Translations under genes and position numbers: made by a program
The notes under the pieces: model-generated
Database searches by the model: none
Seen by the model: the letters and a program-made list of their open reading frames with translations, nothing else
What the model was told of the DNA's origin: nothing
Shown: positions 62,754 to 64,000 of the stretch, in pieces
Layout: every line of letters begins with the position of its first letter
Numbering within the stretch: the first letter of the stretch is position 1
Assembly (NCBI GenBank): GCA_043780835.1
Contig: JAYWCB010000001.1
Span: 35,896 to 99,895, forward strand
Direction of reading: 5' to 3'
Origin: Minisyncoccota bacterium
GTDB lineage: Bacteria; Patescibacteriota; Minisyncoccia; Phycocordibacterales; UBA2100
Length of the DNA stretch: 64,000 nt

Positions 62754-62925
62754 ACTCGTAGAATTTAAGTACTAATGACTCACTTATTCTCCATTATAAA
62801 ATCCGAGTGCGCTTGAATTGTCGACCTATCTTTCAGCAGTAACACCCTTGAGCTCATCGTAATACTTGATACCGAAACAATACATGAAGGTATATAACGT
62901 GCCGGCGCATCTGCAACATTCTTAC

Positions 62926-63240
62926 TTAATCGTCTTTGGCAGGCTTGAGCTTCGAAAACTCCTCTATAAATTTTATAAAAATCTTTCCGTAGCGTGAAAG
63001 CTTATGCTGCACATCACGACCCTCGTATTTCTTTTCAATTAATCCAGCGAGCGTCAGGCGTCTCGTATGCTCTGACACCGTTTTGATATTGCCGTGTAAC
63101 CTATCCGCAATATCCGCAAGCGTGAGTCCGGGACTTTTGGAAAGGATGAGAAGCATTTGAATACGGCGGTGATTAGCGACTCCTTTGAAGTGTCGTTCAA
63201 GTTTTTTTGGCCCTTTAGCTGCAGTGATTGCCATGTACAC
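62926..63240 (-). CDS. ArsR/SmtB-family HTH transcriptional regulator
   Basis: 'HRRIQMLLIL...LTLADIADRLHGNIKTVSEHTRRLTLAGLIEKKYEGRDVQHKL' is a winged-helix ArsR pattern. Start is GTG 63240 or ATG 63235. Confidence 0.75.
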   Translation of the reverse strand: MYMAITAAKGPKKLERHFKGVANHRRIQMLLILSKSPGLTLADIADRLHGNIKTVSEHTRRLTLAGLIEKKYEGRDVQHKLSRYGKIFIKFIEEFSKLKPAKDD

Positions 63241-63276
63241 ATATTCTCACATTCTTGAGAATACGAGAATGTATCG
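63239..63276. promoter_or_regulatory. Conserved palindromic operator-like motif, copy 2, abutting the ArsR-family gene start
   Basis: ACATATTCTCACATTCTTGAGAATACGAGAATGTATCG contains the 8-bp inverted repeat TATTCTCA/TGAGAATA with a 6-bp spacer. It matches about 36 of the 38-41 aligned positions of copy 1 at 57612..57653. Confidence 0.5.
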
Positions 63277-63318
63277 AACGCAAGAAATACGCCTCTGTGT
63301 TGCGCAGTGGTATCGCGA

Positions 63319-64000
63319 TTATCGCTCTTTCCATTCGGGATCCATTCGCACAAGAAGCTCTTCCGCGCGGAGGGGTTCAGCCATGATTTCAAGCACGGTC
63401 TTTTCCATTCGCATTCCTTGCGATCCCTTGACGAGCACTACGTCCCCTGGCTTCAATTCCTTTTCGAGCTCTTGTCCGACGCGCACCGCTTCGTTCATTT
63501 CATATTGCATAATCTTTGTTTCTTTCATTCCTGCGTCGAGCGCACTTTCGGCAATTGCCCGCGCACGAAAGCCTACGGTACGGAGCAGCGTGGCCGTTTC
63601 TGCGACCCGCTCTCCCACATTTTTGTGCGCTTCAGCAGAGTAGCGACCGAGCTCAAGCATATCGCCCAGTACCGCAATTTTGCGTTTACCGTGAACAGCT
63701 TTGAGAGTATCGAGTGCAGCTAATACGGCAGCAGGCGAAGAATTATATGTGTCGTCGATAATGATGGATCCTTTTATGCCCGGCAAAACGCGAACGCGAC
63801 CCGGTGGTGGTTCCCACGTTGCAATGCCGGCAACAGCGGCTGTTATATCTGCACCGATAGTTTCTGCGACCGCGAGCGCTGCGATTGCCGCGTAAATCCG
63901 GGGCCGTCCAAGTGCGCCGCGAATAGATATATCAAGAGAGGAGCCTTTGCGCGTTACTTTACATTCCATACCCACGGGCAGGTCCTGTTCATATATAACC
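63319..64000 (-). CDS. murF: Mur ligase (MurF-like) C-terminal part; gene continues beyond the window end
   Basis: Mur ligase C-terminal domain 'KIAVLGDMLELG', 'IIDDTYNSSPAA'. No start codon within the window. Confidence 0.75.
   Translation of the reverse strand, partial: VIYEQDLPVGMECKVTRKGSSLDISIRGALGRPRIYAAIAALAVAETIGADITAAVAGIATWEPPPGRVRVLPGIKGSIIIDDTYNSSPAAVLAALDTLKAVHGKRKIAVLGDMLELGRYSAEAHKNVGERVAETATLLRTVGFRARAIAESALDAGMKETKIMQYEMNEAVRVGQELEKELKPGDVVLVKGSQGMRMEKTVLEIMAEPLRAEELLVRMDPEWKER

Overview
This is a gene-dense bacterial fragment of about 50% GC using the standard genetic code. Most genes overlap or are separated by under 50 bp. Housekeeping content includes five aminoacyl-tRNA synthetases (trpS, aspS, gltX, leuS, cysS), division/cell-wall genes (mraY, ftsW, murG, murF-partial, D-Ala-D-Ala carboxypeptidase, M23 peptidase, ctpA), scpAB, ychF, rplI, rpmA, a complete F1Fo ATP synthase operon, ahcY, an MsbA-like ABC exporter, a 7TM sensor histidine kinase, an orphan response regulator and one tRNA-Glu(CUC). 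The archaeal-type short AspRS, the many Nudix genes, the compact overlapping operons and the secreted cell-wall hydrolases suggest a reduced-genome lineage (CPR/Patescibacteria-like). That placement is inference only.

Seven things stand out.

- leuS carries a complete Nudix hydrolase domain inserted inside its CP1 editing domain.
- A Nudix-RdgB-Nudix cassette is translationally coupled into the ATP synthase operon between atpG and atpD.
- A co-transcribed module of a PaaK-like adenylating enzyme, an E1-like (ThiF/MoeB) protein with an N-terminal extension, and a tandem-nitroreductase (SagB/McbC-like) dehydrogenase sits next to a PLP aminotransferase and the sensor kinase.
- An almost identical ~40-bp palindromic motif occurs at two loci, next to an ArsR-family regulator and upstream of an FNR-like oxidoreductase/DUF2127 pair.
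- Two large secreted peptidoglycan-hydrolase-like proteins (SLT-like and 3D domain) have long low-complexity tails.
- A high-GC3, FG/Ser/Asp-rich low-complexity gene is compositionally unlike its neighbours.
- purB is frameshifted.

No CRISPR array, obvious transposase or phage block was seen.
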